This document shows positions 13,535-27,200 of a stretch of 64,000 nucleotides of DNA, piece by piece. This stretch comes from Carcharhinus amblyrhynchos (Eukaryota). The DNA lies in the NCBI GenBank assembly GCA_965287045.1, contig OZ336878.1, positions 42,532,001-42,596,000 of the forward strand, read 5' to 3'. The notes under the pieces were generated by a model, which was given only the letters and a program-made list of their open reading frames with translations, was not told where the DNA came from and ran no database searches. A program made the translations under genes and the position numbers. The first letter of the stretch is position 1, and each line of letters opens with the position of its first letter.

Positions 13535-15282
13535 TTAGTGCCACATCCAGCCGTGAATGGTGAAGAATAATTAAACAACAAACCAGAGGAGGAGTCTCCA
13601 CAAATACCCATCTTCAATGATGGAGGAGCCCAGCATATCAACGAAATGAAAGGCTGAAGCAATTGCAAAAGTCTTCAGCCACAAGTGTTGAGTGGATGAT
13701 CCAAGTTGGCCTCCTACAGTGCTTCCCAGCATCATGGATGCCAGTCTCCAGCCATTTGATTCACTACACTTAATAGCAAGAAACAGTTGAAGGCACTGGA
13801 TACAGCAAAGGCTATGAGCCCTCAATACTCCTGCAACAGTACTGAAGACCTGTGCTCCAGAAGTTGCCTCACCCCTAGTCAAGCTGTTCCAGTGCAACTA
13901 CAACACTGGCATCCACTGAGTGATGTGCAAAATTACCCGGGTATGTCCTATACACAAAAAACAAGAAAAATCCAACCTGGCCGAATCCTATTCACTATCA
14001 TCAGTAAAGTGATTGAAAAGAGTCATCAAAACTGTTTCAAGCAGCATTTGCTTAGCAAGAATGAGCTCTCTTGAAGCTCAATTTGGGATTTGCCAGGATC
14101 ACTGACCTGTAGCCTTGGTTCAAACATGGACAAAGGAGCCGAATGACAGAGGTGAGGTGAGAATGACAGCCCTTGACAACAAGACCGCATTCAACCAAGT
14201 GTAACATCAAGGAACTCTAGCAAAACTGGAGTCCACAAGCAGCAGGAAGTAAACTCTCTGCTGATTGTAGTTACACCTAGCACAGATGAAGATGACTGTG
14301 ATTGTTGGAGGCCAGCCATCTCAGTTCCAGGGCATCACCGCAGGAGTTCCTCTTTCTCAACCATCTTCAGCTGACCATCATATGGTTAGAAGTGGGAATG
14401 TTCGTTGATAACTACACAATATTCAATGCCATTTGCGACTCCTCAGATACTGAAGTAGTCCATGTACAAATGCAGCAAGACCTGGACAATATCCAGGTTT
14501 GGGCTGACAAGTGACATTCGTGCCGCACAGTGACACCATTTACAACAAAAGAGAATCTAACACTGTCCCTTGATATTCAATGGCTTTACCACTGCTGAAT
14601 CTCCCATTCTCAACATGCTGGAGATTATCATTGACCAGAAACTCAACTGGACTAGCCATATAAATACTGTGGATACAACAGCAAGTCAGAGACTAGGAAT
14701 CCTGCAGCAAATAATTCACATCCTGACTCCAAAAACCCTGTCCACCATCTACTTTCAAGTTAGGAGTGAAACAGAATACTCAACACTTGCCTGAATGAAT
14801 GCAGCAGCTCCAACAACACTCAAGAGGCTCAAAACCATCCAGCACAAAGCAGCCCTCTTGATTGGCACCCAATCCACAAACACCCACTCGCTCCAACACT
14901 GATGCACAGTAGCAACAATGTGTACCATCTACAAGATGCACATAAGGCATTCACCAAGGCTCCTGAGACATCACCCTCCAAACCCATGACCACTACCATT
15001 CAGGAAAATAAGAGCAGCAGATGCATGTAAAGAACATCACCTGGAATTTTCCCTGCAGACCACACACCATCTTGATTTGGGAAATATATTGCTGTTCCTT
15101 CACTGTTGCTGGATCAAAATCCTGGAGCTCCCTCCCTAATGGCACTGCAGGTGGAAATACACCACATGGACTAAAGGGTTCCAAAAGGCAGTTCACTACC
15201 ACCTTCTCATGGCTATTAGGAATGGACAATAAATGCTGGCTTAGGCAGCGATGCTCACATCCCATGAATGAATAAAATAAAT
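13535..15282 (+). mobile_element. CR1-like LINE (family B), about 1.7-kb RT-containing 3' fragment
   Basis: Decayed ALD.K.AFD.VWH (about 14170), MF.D. (about 14400) and IDQKLNWTSHIN motifs; ends cacatcccatgaatgaataaaataaa. Many frameshifts. Confidence 0.88.
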
Positions 15283-18200
15283 TATTGATCCCTGACAGTC
15301 AGAAAGTGGACAGATGGAATGTTTGTCAGGGTTATGGGGTCAGTGGATGCAGTGGGAAGGCCAGGGCAGTAATGACACCAGGTTTCACTTCTACTCTCCC
15401 TGGCCCAGCAGGAAACCAGCAGTGTTCTTTTGTTAAACATACCATATTTACTTTTTACGTTACATGTTTTTAAAGCATGGTGCAATAATATCACAGAGCC
15501 AAAGTTATCTATTTATCTCCTAGACACATTCCTGCAAAATCTGAGGCCAAATAAAATTCACAGATTATTAGAGTGAACAGCAGTTCTTACATTTTAGGAA
15601 CAGCCTATTAACTTACCCTAAGTCTCTTGTAATTTGGCAGTTTATTAATGACTCCTCATGCAACTTGTCAGGCACCAGAGAGAATGTGGCAGCAAAGATT
15701 GGTCTCAACATAAACACTTCATGCCTAAAAGCACATTTATCATCACAGGAAATGAATGGGAACAAAATCCATCTACCATCCAATTTTATCTTCTTGGACT
15801 TGTTTGCAAGAGGATAACCTACACAAAAATCTACTAAACCATTCTGTTGTTAACCATTTCAGATAGAACAATAGATATGAAGAACATCAGAGCCTAGCTT
15901 TGAACTCCTAGTGGGAGGCATGTGAGCATGGCTAAGTGCGTCAAGTAAATTATCTGCCCATCACCTCTACAATATGAGATCTGGAAATTATTAACTTGTG
16001 GGTCTCATCTGTATGCTGACTGTCAGTCTTCAATCAAAGGAAGCCCTGAAGGCCACCACTGGATACTCCATGTAGTCAGTAAGTGCATGGTAGGGGGATG
16101 CTGAGGGCATCTTTGTCAGGGTGGGTGATTGCAAGGCAGGGGAAGGAAAGCCTGAAGGCAGGGAAGGCACAAAGTTTCGTCCTCTGTTTTTCTTGGCCCA
16201 GAAGGAGGTCAGAAAGATTTTTTTTAAACACACCTCCCTTCTCTGGGTCTCTTCTGGTTAGTCTATTAAGGAAGCCATGAGTAAAAATTGCAATGAGGCT
16301 TGAGGGCACTATTAGAGCCTGAACTTCATGTTTCTAGCAGAACACCAGTGCCATCCGGGGAGGGAGTTGCCATCAATTGTGCTTAAAGGCAGCACGTTAA
16401 AGTGACATCTCAGAGAAAGCAATGATGTGAGATGGGAACTTCTGGTGTGTAATCCAGATTCAGTATTTCCCACCAATGTGGGATTAGTGCACCTTTAGTG
16501 GTAGTTACTGTCGGTGCAGACTCAATGGGCCAGAGTCTTTTCTGCACTGTATGACTCAATGTAGTATAAATGGAAATGTTCAATTATATTGATGTCCTTA
16601 TTGAGGTAATTAAATTAAATTGCTAGCAGCAATCACACAAGAGGCTAGATACATCATGTTTATGAGAAAGGGAAGTTTGTTAGTGAAGGAAGAGGGAGGG
16701 TAAGCTGTGTCCCATCACCTGACAGGATTGAATCAGCCCCTGAATCAGCGCTTGTATAAAATCAACCTCCAGGATGGGCCTTGTTTACTGTGGCACTCAC
16801 TCCGGATGCATAAATCAGTACAAGTATAATGCAATCCCGAGGTCAAATCTTTAGTCCAATCTGACATCTGAAATGCAGCACCACCTAGTCATAAATAGCA
16901 TGAGGTCTCTATAAAGTGGGACTCTTAGCAAAATAGGAAGAATCACCTCTCTACCTGGTTGGTTGTTTAGTTGAAAATATTTTACACAGTTTCAGCTGCC
17001 TTAAAATTGCCAGTTTGGGTTACCTGTTACTTTCAAGGTCAGTTATTTAGTGCACTTGTGCAGGACTTTCTGGAAATTGTTTTCAATTATTTGGAAATAA
17101 ATTAAAAATCAGCAAGTTATCATATAAATACAAGCACTTATATATAGGCAAAAATGCCCACAGATGTTAAGAAAGGTCTTGATAGGACTTAAAGAGTTAA
17201 AATGCTTTAGCTGTCTGGTGAAACATGTTGTAGCACTAAGTCACCGCTTGCATTTTCTTGTTCAGACAACAGTAACTGTAGATCAACAGCTTAAAGAACC
17301 AGGACAGTTCCCTGGCTTACTTGGAATTTATTATTAAAAAGAAATGCAGTATACATGGAATGAAGCTTTTATGACAAGGCACCTATTAGTGGATGCTTAA
17401 GGTTTTGATTTAGAACACAGCTTATGCAGACCTTCAGATACGAATTCTGAAGCTTTAGTTATTCTATCTCTTAGTAAGCAGTGTACTTTCTGTGACCCTT
17501 CCTTTCTCAGTCCAAGAGAACTCAATGGTATGCTGTTTAACCTGTACTGTCTGGACAGCTGTAAACTAGAGCTGCTAATAAATAGAGATAGCAAGCAAAT
17601 GTACCACACTGCAGACAAGTCATTACAAAACTGTGTAAAGGCAATGCATTAGCAGCAATAAATTTTCATGTATCTTCAAGTATGTCATCATTTTGCAACA
17701 TTAGCAGGCTGATTTGTTCCTTTGTTAGTTTAAGGAGCAATATATTGTTTTGCTAGAATTAATAAAGTTCGAAGTCTTAATTAGACTTTGTGCTGTACAA
17801 GAAACACAACTTTCTGACTAAATGCCTACAAACTTAACACTTGCAGTTTCAAACTGCTAGATTCTGATGCATTCAAATAGTGAAATTAATGCCAAAATTA
17901 CCAATACTTTACATTAGAAATTTGAGCAAAGGTCATTCTTTTAATACTAACTAGCACTCTGTTAGCAAATTGGACAGTGCAGAAAAATGTAACTAGCTAT
18001 AGGGAAAACACGAAATAAGAAAAAACAAAATTTTGGTTGCTCAGTTTTTCTTGCCCCCTCCCTCCCCGAAACTTAACATTTTAATATTTCCTCCCACCAC
18101 GCTCACCCATCCTGCTGTCATAGACTATTTCCCAGTTTAACAAATGCACAGGCAATCTAAACTGTAATCTCTCCCAGAACCTTGTGGTGAGCACAAGAGA

Positions 18201-19080
18201 AGCTTGGAATTAGTTAATGATTTTGTCTCTTACTTTTTCAAAGGGCACCGCACATTTGCATTTTCTTCTCCTCCCTCCTGCAGATCTTTCAAAATCACAA
18301 ATTTACCATGCATTCACAGACGTAATCAATCTCCTCCTCCCAGTCTGGCACATATCATGCCTGCACATTAATACCGCTATCGGTTGTCTCACAGATAGAA
18401 CTTGCTACCTTAAGGATTAAGAGTTCTTTGAATAAATATTTGGTTAAAAGATTAGAATTTGGGCACAAAATAAGTTTTTAAGCCAGGAACAATCGAGGCT
18501 ACCTGCATGAGCCATCTCTTTTTAAATAACAAGTTGGTTCAATTGCCCATCTATAATATCATTTGTAAACCACAGAGCTTGCACTTGCTAGGGCACTCCA
18601 GTCTGCAACTGGTGATATTGAAACTCCATGTACTATCTCATCATCAATCACTGGTTATGCGCAGGATCAGATTGCAGAGGATACAGGGTGAAAGTGGAAT
18701 AATCCTGAATTTCTAGTACATATGAACCCTACAGATTGTAAGAATTACATTTTTGTGAAGATTAAATTCCCAATACTTCAGTGTGGTTTTCTGTGAAACT
18801 TGCCTTTTATTGAGTGATCCGTACAGCTTGAGATTATGCTCTCTTTTGAATGGGAAAAAATGCATTAATAGTTCCTAAAACATTTAGAGATTTTACTATG
18901 TAAGTAACATGAGACTGGACTCGGACCTAGCGCCAGCTTATAACTTTACACAGCAACTGTCATTACATACAAGTATTGTCCATGGCCTCCCTTGCTCACT
19001 GTTAAATTAATTTTCAAAAAATAATCTGGTAAATAAAACAGATGTTATTTTTTCAAAGAAGGTATGGTGTGCATTGTATC

Positions 19081-19421
19081 ATCGTAGAATCATAGAAACG
19101 CTACATTGCAGAAAGAGGCTACTTGGCCATCGAGTCTGCACCGAACACAATCCCACCCGGGCCCCACCCCCCATATCCCTACATATTTACCCACTAATCC
19201 CTCTAACCTACGTACCTCAGGACACAAAGGGGCAATTTTAGCATGACCAATCAACCTAGCCCACACATCTTTGGACTGTGGGAGGAAACCAAAACACCCG
19301 GAGGAAACCCACGCAGACATGAAAAGAATGTGCAAACTCCACACAGACAGTGACCCAAGCTGAGAATCGAACCCAGGTCCCTGGAGCTATGAAGCAGCAG
19401 TCCTAACCACTGTGCTACCAT
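19081..19421 (-). mobile_element. HE1/V-SINE-like SINE, CR1-type tail A
   Basis: tRNA head and V-domain, with tail ...ctttctgcaatgtagcgtttctatgattctacga. Confidence 0.88.
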
Positions 19422-19904
19422 ACTTTAGTTTGACCTTATTTGTGATTAGTATTAATTCATAGATTTTTTTCCTCGGGTCTATCAATTTGAAAATACATTA
19501 ACAGTTCAAAAGTATGAAAGTGTCAAAATCTATATTGAAATTCAAATCAAACAATTATTAACTGAAGTAATTCTGCTTTTCTGAATTATGCGGAATGAAA
19601 TTCTATGGCATGTAAACTTTTAAAACAGTTGACACAAGCAGTTTTTTTATATTATGAGCTAGAATTTATATAACATTTACTTTGTTTTTTCCAGAACAGC
19701 ACTAAATAGTGAACATAGAAAACACTAAGCTCAAACTAGTAGGATGATGCACTTCATTGATTTTCCAAAGATAAAGAGGTGACAACATCTTCTCAACTTT
19801 ATGATTACTTGAAATACTATCAATGGCAGGTATCATAAAAGGATGCATGGATTTTACTTTCAGTTATCATAAGGACTTCCTGTATCTTCCAATAACAAGG
19901 TGTG

Positions 19905-20050
19905 TTTTTCAGGTACATGAATAGGGAAGGAATAGAGGGATAAGGACCGAGTAAGGCAGAAGGTTTTTTTTAAGTTTAGTTAGGGCATCATGATCAGCAC
20001 AGGTTTGGAGAGCCAAAGGGCCTGTTCCTGTGCTGTACTTTTCTTTGGTC
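19905..20050 (+). mobile_element. CR1 3'UTR fragment
   Basis: gggaaggaatagagggata...gggcctgttcctgtgctgtac. Confidence 0.6.
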
Positions 20051-20222
20051 TTTGTTCTTCTTTGTATTCCCTTTAGAGCTGGAGCATAAAGACATTTCTG
20101 AAAGATCCCCGAAGGCTATTACAATATACTGCCTGAAAGCAGCAAAAGAATGAAGTTCATTGCACAGAGATATAAAGCCACAAAAAGCTACACTGAATAC
20201 AGAAAGGTTCAAAGCTGCCCAC

Positions 20223-20314
20223 CTGTGGCTGTTGAGGGATATTTACAAAGCTGGGATCCCGTGGTCCAACACTCACGAATCGGTTTGCAGGGGAGGTGCT
20301 GGGTGTCGAGTAGG
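20223..20314 (-). CDS. NFIA: NFIA penultimate coding exon (equivalent to exon 10), 92 nt
   Basis: cccttcccttcacag|CC TAC TCG ACA ... CAG CCA CAG|gtgggc encodes (T)YSTPSTSPANRFVSVGPRDPSFVNIPQQPQ. The last A of the previous exon plus CC gives Thr, so the phase is consistent. Confidence 0.96.
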
Positions 20315-20422
20315 CTGTGAAGGGAAGGGATACATGCGTTCAGGAAGCAGCAGTGGGTTGCACACAAACAACAAACACCTTAAGCCTGACTGAAAGACAG
20401 CAGGGTCTGTAGAAGCACTCAC

Positions 20423-20452
20423 CAAAAGATATGCCTGATACTCCTTTAACGT
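20423..20452 (-). CDS. Candidate 30-nt in-frame microexon of NFIA
   Basis: ttttttgaccttcaaacccattatcag|ACGTTAAAGGAGTATCAGGCATATCTTTTG|gtgagt. Phase 1/1 and stop-free; supported by splice signals only. Confidence 0.3.
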
Positions 20453-21403
20453 CTGATAATGGGTTTGAAGGTCAAAAAACTAGTTTCCAGTTAAAAAAGG
20501 GACACGTATACAGACAAGACCATGATCTTTTTTGAAGGGTTATAATTGCAGAGCTACAACAATCCCACATTGTAAAACAGTAGCTAAACTTCATTTATTT
20601 GAGAATATATTAAAATGGAAGCATGAATATAAAGGGTCACAGAAAGTATGACTGGTTAATATCCGTTATCTGTGATGAAAGGGAATGAGGAAGTGATATG
20701 AGTTAAGTGAGCTAAAACATAAACAATAGAATTCAAATGAAAATGTGAGTTAAAGTGTACAGTGAGGACAATGTCTCAGTATAGAAAATAATTAAACAAA
20801 AACTAATGATAGATAACTAACATTAAACTAGAACCTCTCGCAATAAAAGTAACTTGTCCCCTGTTCTCAAATATTTAAGACCTGTTCCTGTGCTCTTTCT
20901 GTCAATGTTTCATATGAATAATAAAAGCTAAATAAAGGGAAACAAGGCTTTTAAAAAAGGAATTTTACAGGAGTTTGATATTGCCTTGATTTGGTCTTGG
21001 ATAAGAGTTACATGGCATTTAAAGACACTTAACTGGAAATTGTCAACTGAAAGAACCACAAATATTGGGGTAACAAGTGTCCTGGTCACTATATGTAGCA
21101 ACATGATAAAAAAGATTTATGAAAATTTCCTTTGGGTATTTCTCATAAAATCAAAAATAGACTGTAAAAGAATGTGAGGAATTATTCTAAATATTATTAC
21201 GTTGCTACAGGTAACAGCCAGAAGAATTCTTCTCTCAAATTCTTCCTCCAAGAAGTTGCCAAATAAAACTTTATTTAAAGCGTAGTAACATTCCTACAGT
21301 TTTCCTGGGCTAACAGTTTGCTGCAAACAAGTGAGCAGACTACAGTAAGAAAACCACCAAGATGCAAATGGTCTCTCATTGTTCCTGTTATCTCAGCTGA
21401 CAC

Positions 21404-21592
21404 AGCTTAGTTCAGTTGGTTGGGCGGCTAGCTAGTGATGCAGAGCGACACCAACAGTGCGGGTTCAATTTGTACCGGCTGAGGTTTATCATGAAGGTCC
21501 CACTTTCTCAACCTTGCTCTTCGCCTGAGGTGTGGTGACCCTCAGGTTAAATCACCACCAGTCAGCTCTCCCCCTCAAAGGGGAAAGCAGCC
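21404..21592 (+). mobile_element. Second tRNA-derived SINE family, 3' side abutting an HE1-like copy
   Basis: A-box/B-box-like head (tagttcagttgg...gggttcaatt) followed by a body unrelated to the V-domain. Confidence 0.55.
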
Positions 21593-21606
21593 AATGCATT
21601 TTTTGA

Positions 21607-21943
21607 GGGGTGGCACGGTGGTACACACTGCTGCCTCACAGTGCCAGGGACCCAGGTTCAATTCTGGCCTTTGGTGACTGTCTCTGTGGAGTTTGCACAT
21701 TCTCTCTGTGTCTGTGTGGGTTTTCTCTGGGTGCTCCAGTTTCCTCCCACTGTCCAAAGATGTCCGGGTTTGGTTGATTGGCCATGCTAAATTGTTCTTT
21801 ACTGTCCCAATATGTGTAGCTTCAGGGGATTAGCAGGGTAAATACATGGAATTACGGAGATAGGGGATGGGTGGGATTGTTGTCGGTGCATGCTCAATGG
21901 ACCGAATGGTCTCCTTTTTGCATTGGAAGGATTCTATGATTCT
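21607..21943 (+). mobile_element. HE1/V-SINE-like SINE, tail A
   Basis: ggggtggcacggtggtacacactgctgcctcacagtgccagggacccaggttcaattc ... gattctatgattct. Confidence 0.88.
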
Positions 21944-22176
21944 CTCCACTGATGATTTTATTAACTCATCGTTAATCAAATCACTCACCTCAGTCAAACA
22001 TCACCAGAGATCCAGTGTATGCAGCGTGTGGACTGTTGATTGGTGATGCATTGTTGCAGTGATGGTGGGGGGGTGGTGTGTATGCATCAGCATTTGAAAG
22101 ATCTGGAACAATCTGGATACTACAATACCGACTGTGGGTAGGAAAGTGAGAAAATAAATCTCAAGTTTCCTTACAT

Positions 22177-22216
22177 GGGTTGGGGGGGGGGGGGGGGGGG
22201 GGAGGGGGTGGGGTTG
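22177..22216 (+). repeat. Poly-G run / potential G-quadruplex
   Basis: About 21 consecutive G flanked by further G-tracts. Confidence 0.7.
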
Positions 22217-22409
22217 GAAGTTTCAACTTGGAGCTTGATTGTTCCTCTTGGCTCCAAAATGTCTCAAAAGAAATCCTACAGACACTTATACTTCCTTGGG
22301 TGGCCTTTAGCAGTCCCTCTAAGGAATTCATGGGGCTTACTCTGGCCACTTATATGTTAAAATTGTAACTGGAGTCTAACTCAAGACTGCTATTTTGCAA
22401 AAGCAACAT

Positions 22410-22780
22410 CTTGGTTTTAATATTCTCGTTGTTTCCAAATCCCTCACATTGCCAAGCCCCCCATCTCCCTAATTTCCTCCAACCTAACAATCCGCTGAAA
22501 AATCTCCATTTATCTAACTTCGCTGTCTTGAGTATCTCCAATTTTAATTGCTCCACCATTGGCTGTGCCTTCAGTTGCCTTGGGCCCAAGCTCTGAAATT
22601 CCTATGCCACTTTGCCTCTCTCCCGCACTTTCCTCCTTTAAGACACTACGCAAAACCTACCTTTTTGACCAACTGTTTGGCTATCTGACCAAGTGTCTCT
22701 TTACTTGGCTTTCTGTCATGCTTTTTTTATAACGCTATTGTGAAGCAGTGTGGGACATTTCATTACCATAAAGGTGCTAA
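22410..22780 (+). mobile_element. L2-like LINE 3' end
   Basis: FKSL, AFS..GP.LWNS and FK..LKTYLF-type tail (ccttcagttgccttgggcccaagctctg; ctttaagacactacgcaaaacctaccttttt), then a 3'UTR ending aaaggtgcta. Confidence 0.75.
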
Positions 22781-23351
22781 GGTGTTGTTATTGCTGAAGT
22801 GTATTGGTGCCTATTTAAAGGTCTGCCTGAAAATAAGTATCTAAATGTCTTGCTTTCCTCTACTGGTCTCCCATTTAACAGGTGAGAAATGAGTGGTAGA
22901 TGATGAGAAGTACCCATGTATATACAAAGGCACTTTGCTAATATATCCTTTGCCACAGTAATAGAACAACTTCTGAAGAGAAATATCAAGAAAACTGAAC
23001 AATGTCACATTTTGGAATTTTTGTAGTTTGTGGGAGAAAAAGACAAACAAAAAGAAAATCATTTACAAATGGAAACAAAAGCAAAGTGTAATGTAAAGCA
23101 TTTATCTAGAGGCCAGCAAACAGATAAACAGGAGGGGAGAAACATGTTATAGTCAAAGAAAACCAGAAATAAAACTCCAAATTTTTGATTCAGATGCATT
23201 ACTTTGATGGGCAGCAAACTTAAAAAGTCAAAGGGTTAACCGACTTGTTTTCAACATGAATACATATCTAGAGAAACCTGACCTAATGCTTGGACCACTG
23301 TAGAAGGTCAGCATCACATATTTTCATACAATGTTACATGGGTTTTGCTCA

Positions 23352-23594
<243 letters not shown>

Positions 23595-24289
23595 TTACAG
23601 TTAATGGAGGCATCAGCATACAAGCATTGTGATATTGAAGGAAGTTAAATTACAGAATTTCTCTTTCTCAAACTATCCACACTGTTAATTAATTGGTGAC
23701 TGTTCTTTTTGTCAAACTCTCTACATGGTTCAGCCAACAGTAAGAGTAATGCGCCATCCAGCCTGGACAAGCTGGGAACCCAATATTATATTTGACGTTT
23801 GATATTAATAATTGATCTTATACCTTGCAGCATTACCAATTTAATAACATCTCTATTTTCAGTACACAGCTGTACCACAGTTGATATATTCAGTATTAAA
23901 TACTGCAGAGAAATGGGCACAAAAAGCATGAGTAAGTCTTTAGCTATCCCCACAGATGGTTTACCTAATAACTTAAGCAGCTGACAATCTTATGCCCAAA
24001 GGTGGAGAACAAATATGTTCTTTAATCACTTCAGTGAAATGCAGATGAAATTGTGGAAGCGAATGCCATCCGTAAATACTAAGAAATACTATTTCATCAG
24101 TGACTCAAAGGTAGCAACCAATCAAATGCAACCATATTAATTATCTTTTCACATCTTGGAAGCCGTACAACATACTAAATACCTCTTCATGACAGATACC
24201 ATAGCAGTCAGATAATTTATAATTATATAATGTGTGACATCAATTTGTTCAGAAGCACTGACATGGGCAATTATGCAGTGGTGGCAGTC

Positions 24290-27200
24290 AGCATCGTGTG
24301 TTCTCTACCCAGAGGCAAGTTCTTGGCTCAAGGTTGCCTTTCCATGTCATCTATCCTGGGCCAGTCTTTTCATTTGCCAATAACTTTCCAATTTTCAGGC
24401 CATGCAGCATTGTTATTCTCCTCCTTTTTATTCCACTTTTTCCTTGAGCGCTTCCTTCCATGGCATCTCTGACAAGTTTCCTCTTAGGATGCATTCTCGC
24501 TACACTCTCAGTCTGTTTGTTAGATCACTCTCCACAGCATTTTTTCGTTCAACTAATCCTTTCCATTCTCCTTCAAACTCACCTTTCTATTCTAGTTAGC
24601 AAGTTGGTCTTCTCTTTCTGTAAGATCCAAGTATCAATATCCATACAACACACTCCAAATTAAGCTCTGCACAAGTTGTTTCCTGAGTTATCCGTTCAGT
24701 TTTCCAGTTGGCAATTGTCTCTTTTCATAAAATAGTCTTCCCCATGCTATCCTACTTTGTGGCACCTTTCATGTGCCGATATTATGCTTCCTTATATCTT
24801 GATATGTTCCAGTTCTTTTGAGGTATGCATCTCTTTGATTTTGCCAATGTTCCCTTTCATTCTGAAGTTCATACCTGCTATGACCATTTACTAGTCCTTG
24901 CAACCCTTCTTTTGTCTTGCTGCTAACACTTCGACATCTGCCAACCCAACTGATGCTATCATTCTTCTCCCAATCTCAATGCCAGATTCTGAGTCTTCTA
25001 ATGCTTCTTTGGTCATTGCTTCTGCGTCGACATTGAAGAGGAATGATGACAAACAATACTCTTGTCAAACACTCTTACAATTACCCACAGTTCCAACTCT
25101 TCATCGGTTATTCTCACTCATGCTGTTTGCCCCATGTACAGGTTTCATAGGAGTCGTCATTCTTTTCAGTCTACTCCAATGTCTTTTAGCACTGTTGGAG
25201 CTTAATTCAGTCAAGCTGACTGAACGCAATTTCAAAATCTGCAGTCAATTAATTCCTGGCCAAATTTTGCATTGCGCTCACTCATTCACCTGTTTGTTTC
25301 TCTCTTCCCTCTTCGTCCCTAGAATCCTAACTGGTCATCTCCAGCGCAGTTTTGTGCCTTCCCATCCACTCTAGTTATTACAATTCTCAACACAGCCTTT
25401 GGTACATGGACAATCAGATTAATTGTACAAAAGTCAGAACATTGGCTTTGATCATTATTGTCTGCATTCTGGTCATTCTCCTGATGAGTAAACATCTTTG
25501 CACAGCTTAGTAAACATTGATGTTAATTTCTTTCTCTATTTTTAAATCAAATCTGCAGGTATTTCATTTACTCCAGCAATTTTTTCCAGATTTATTTAAT
25601 TTATTGTTGCTCTTATTGGACTTTCTAATACTTGCATATAAATTAGGAGTAGGCCATTCAGCTCCTTAGCCTGCTTGATCATTCGATAAATCATGACTGA
25701 TCTGGTGGCCTTGACTTTCTACTCTTATACCCTTTGATTTTCTTGTCAGTCAAGAATCCATCCAACTCTGTCTTAAAATGATTCAACGACCCTGCCTCTA
25801 CTGCTCTCTGGAGAAGAGGATTCCATAGACAAATGTTCTCATCTTACCGGCATCATTACGTCCCCACTCCCAAAAACATTTTAAGTGTAAGAGAATTCAG
25901 TGAGAACCTCCCTAGGCTCCAAAAGAATTTTGAAGTATGGGAGAATTGTGGACTGAATCACACCAAACCACCCAATTGGAATCTCACGTCTTCCTGCTGG
26001 GGACAAGACTTAGAAATACTTTGGGAGAATTCCATCATTGTTTTCAACCCTTTACACCACTTATTTCCTTTGCTTTTGCATTCATACGGTCTATCCTTCC
26101 GAGTTGATCCAATTCTTCTGAGTATATCACACTATTCTTTTAACAATGTTCTTGTGTTTATCCTGATGTTTGTCTTAATTCATTATTAAATAATTTTGTA
26201 TTACGGTTTGCCTTCTTCAGTATTGATATTCTTCCATTTGATCCTTTCTTCCATCTTTCACGACATGGCATTCATAACCTACGGTTTCTTCATCCTTTTT
26301 CCTCTTGAACCCCTTTGCTATCCTTTCCCTTGACAGATTTATTAATGTTTCTGTTGTTCACGAGAGTTAGTTTACTTACTTTACAAATTCTTCATTATCA
26401 TCTTTCAGCTTCTCTAGCTTCCACTGTCTTCCACATATCAAACCTTGGACCTTCTTTAGCTTCCACTGTTTCCATTTACACAAGATTATGATCTGATTCT
26501 GCGTCAGTCTCTGCATGAGCTTTTGAGTTCCAAACCTTTATCTTTGTTGTAAAATTATATTGTCCAGTTGAAATCTTCCTGTATTGTCAATCATTTTCTA
26601 CCTGCATTGTCTTCTTCTATGGTGCCTAAACTATGCGTTTGTGATTATGAATCCTGCTCTTCTGCAAAAACCTCGCTCATTTCTTTCTCGAAGACCATAC
26701 GGTCCTGCTTTTTGCCATTTCTTCCTTCTCCAACAATACTGTTTCGTTCTCCAATAATAATCACATAGCTCTTTGCACTCTTCATTCAATTAGATGTTCA
26801 ATCCTACCATATGTTCCATCGACTTCCTCACCTGGACGTTTGCTGCTGGACATGTGTACCTAAATGATAGTAATGTTGACCGCTCGGCCTTTCAAAATCA
26901 TGAGCATCTGTTTCACATTTCACCTCACTCACACATTTGGCAGCTTCCTTGTCGAGTATTACTGCTATTCACTGTTCCTTTTCTTCTTCTCCTCCTGAGT
27001 ATATCATTCTCACTTCATCGCTCAGTAAGTCACCTTCTCCTGACAACCCTACTGGACTTAACCTCGGATGCTTTGCTTTAGATTCTTTAGCTTCCCTTTC
27101 CATTCGTTGTTCATACATTCCACATTCCTATTCTTAAGATGCTGTCAAGCTTGTATATGTGAGAATTTTGCTGGTTGGCAACCTGGAAGGCCTAACTTCC

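Noticed and set aside
17285-17310. TCCTGGTTC (SWF) as a possible terminal NFIA exon
   Set aside because: It is preceded by CTG rather than an AG acceptor and does not continue as LG-stop; the last exon probably lies before position 1.
21607-21680. tRNA genes at SINE heads
   Set aside because: A/B boxes are present but run directly into SINE bodies, with no complete cloverleaf.
22161-22349. Poly-proline and poly-glycine ORFs
   Set aside because: These are translations of a poly-G run, not related to the genuine proline-rich NFIA exon.
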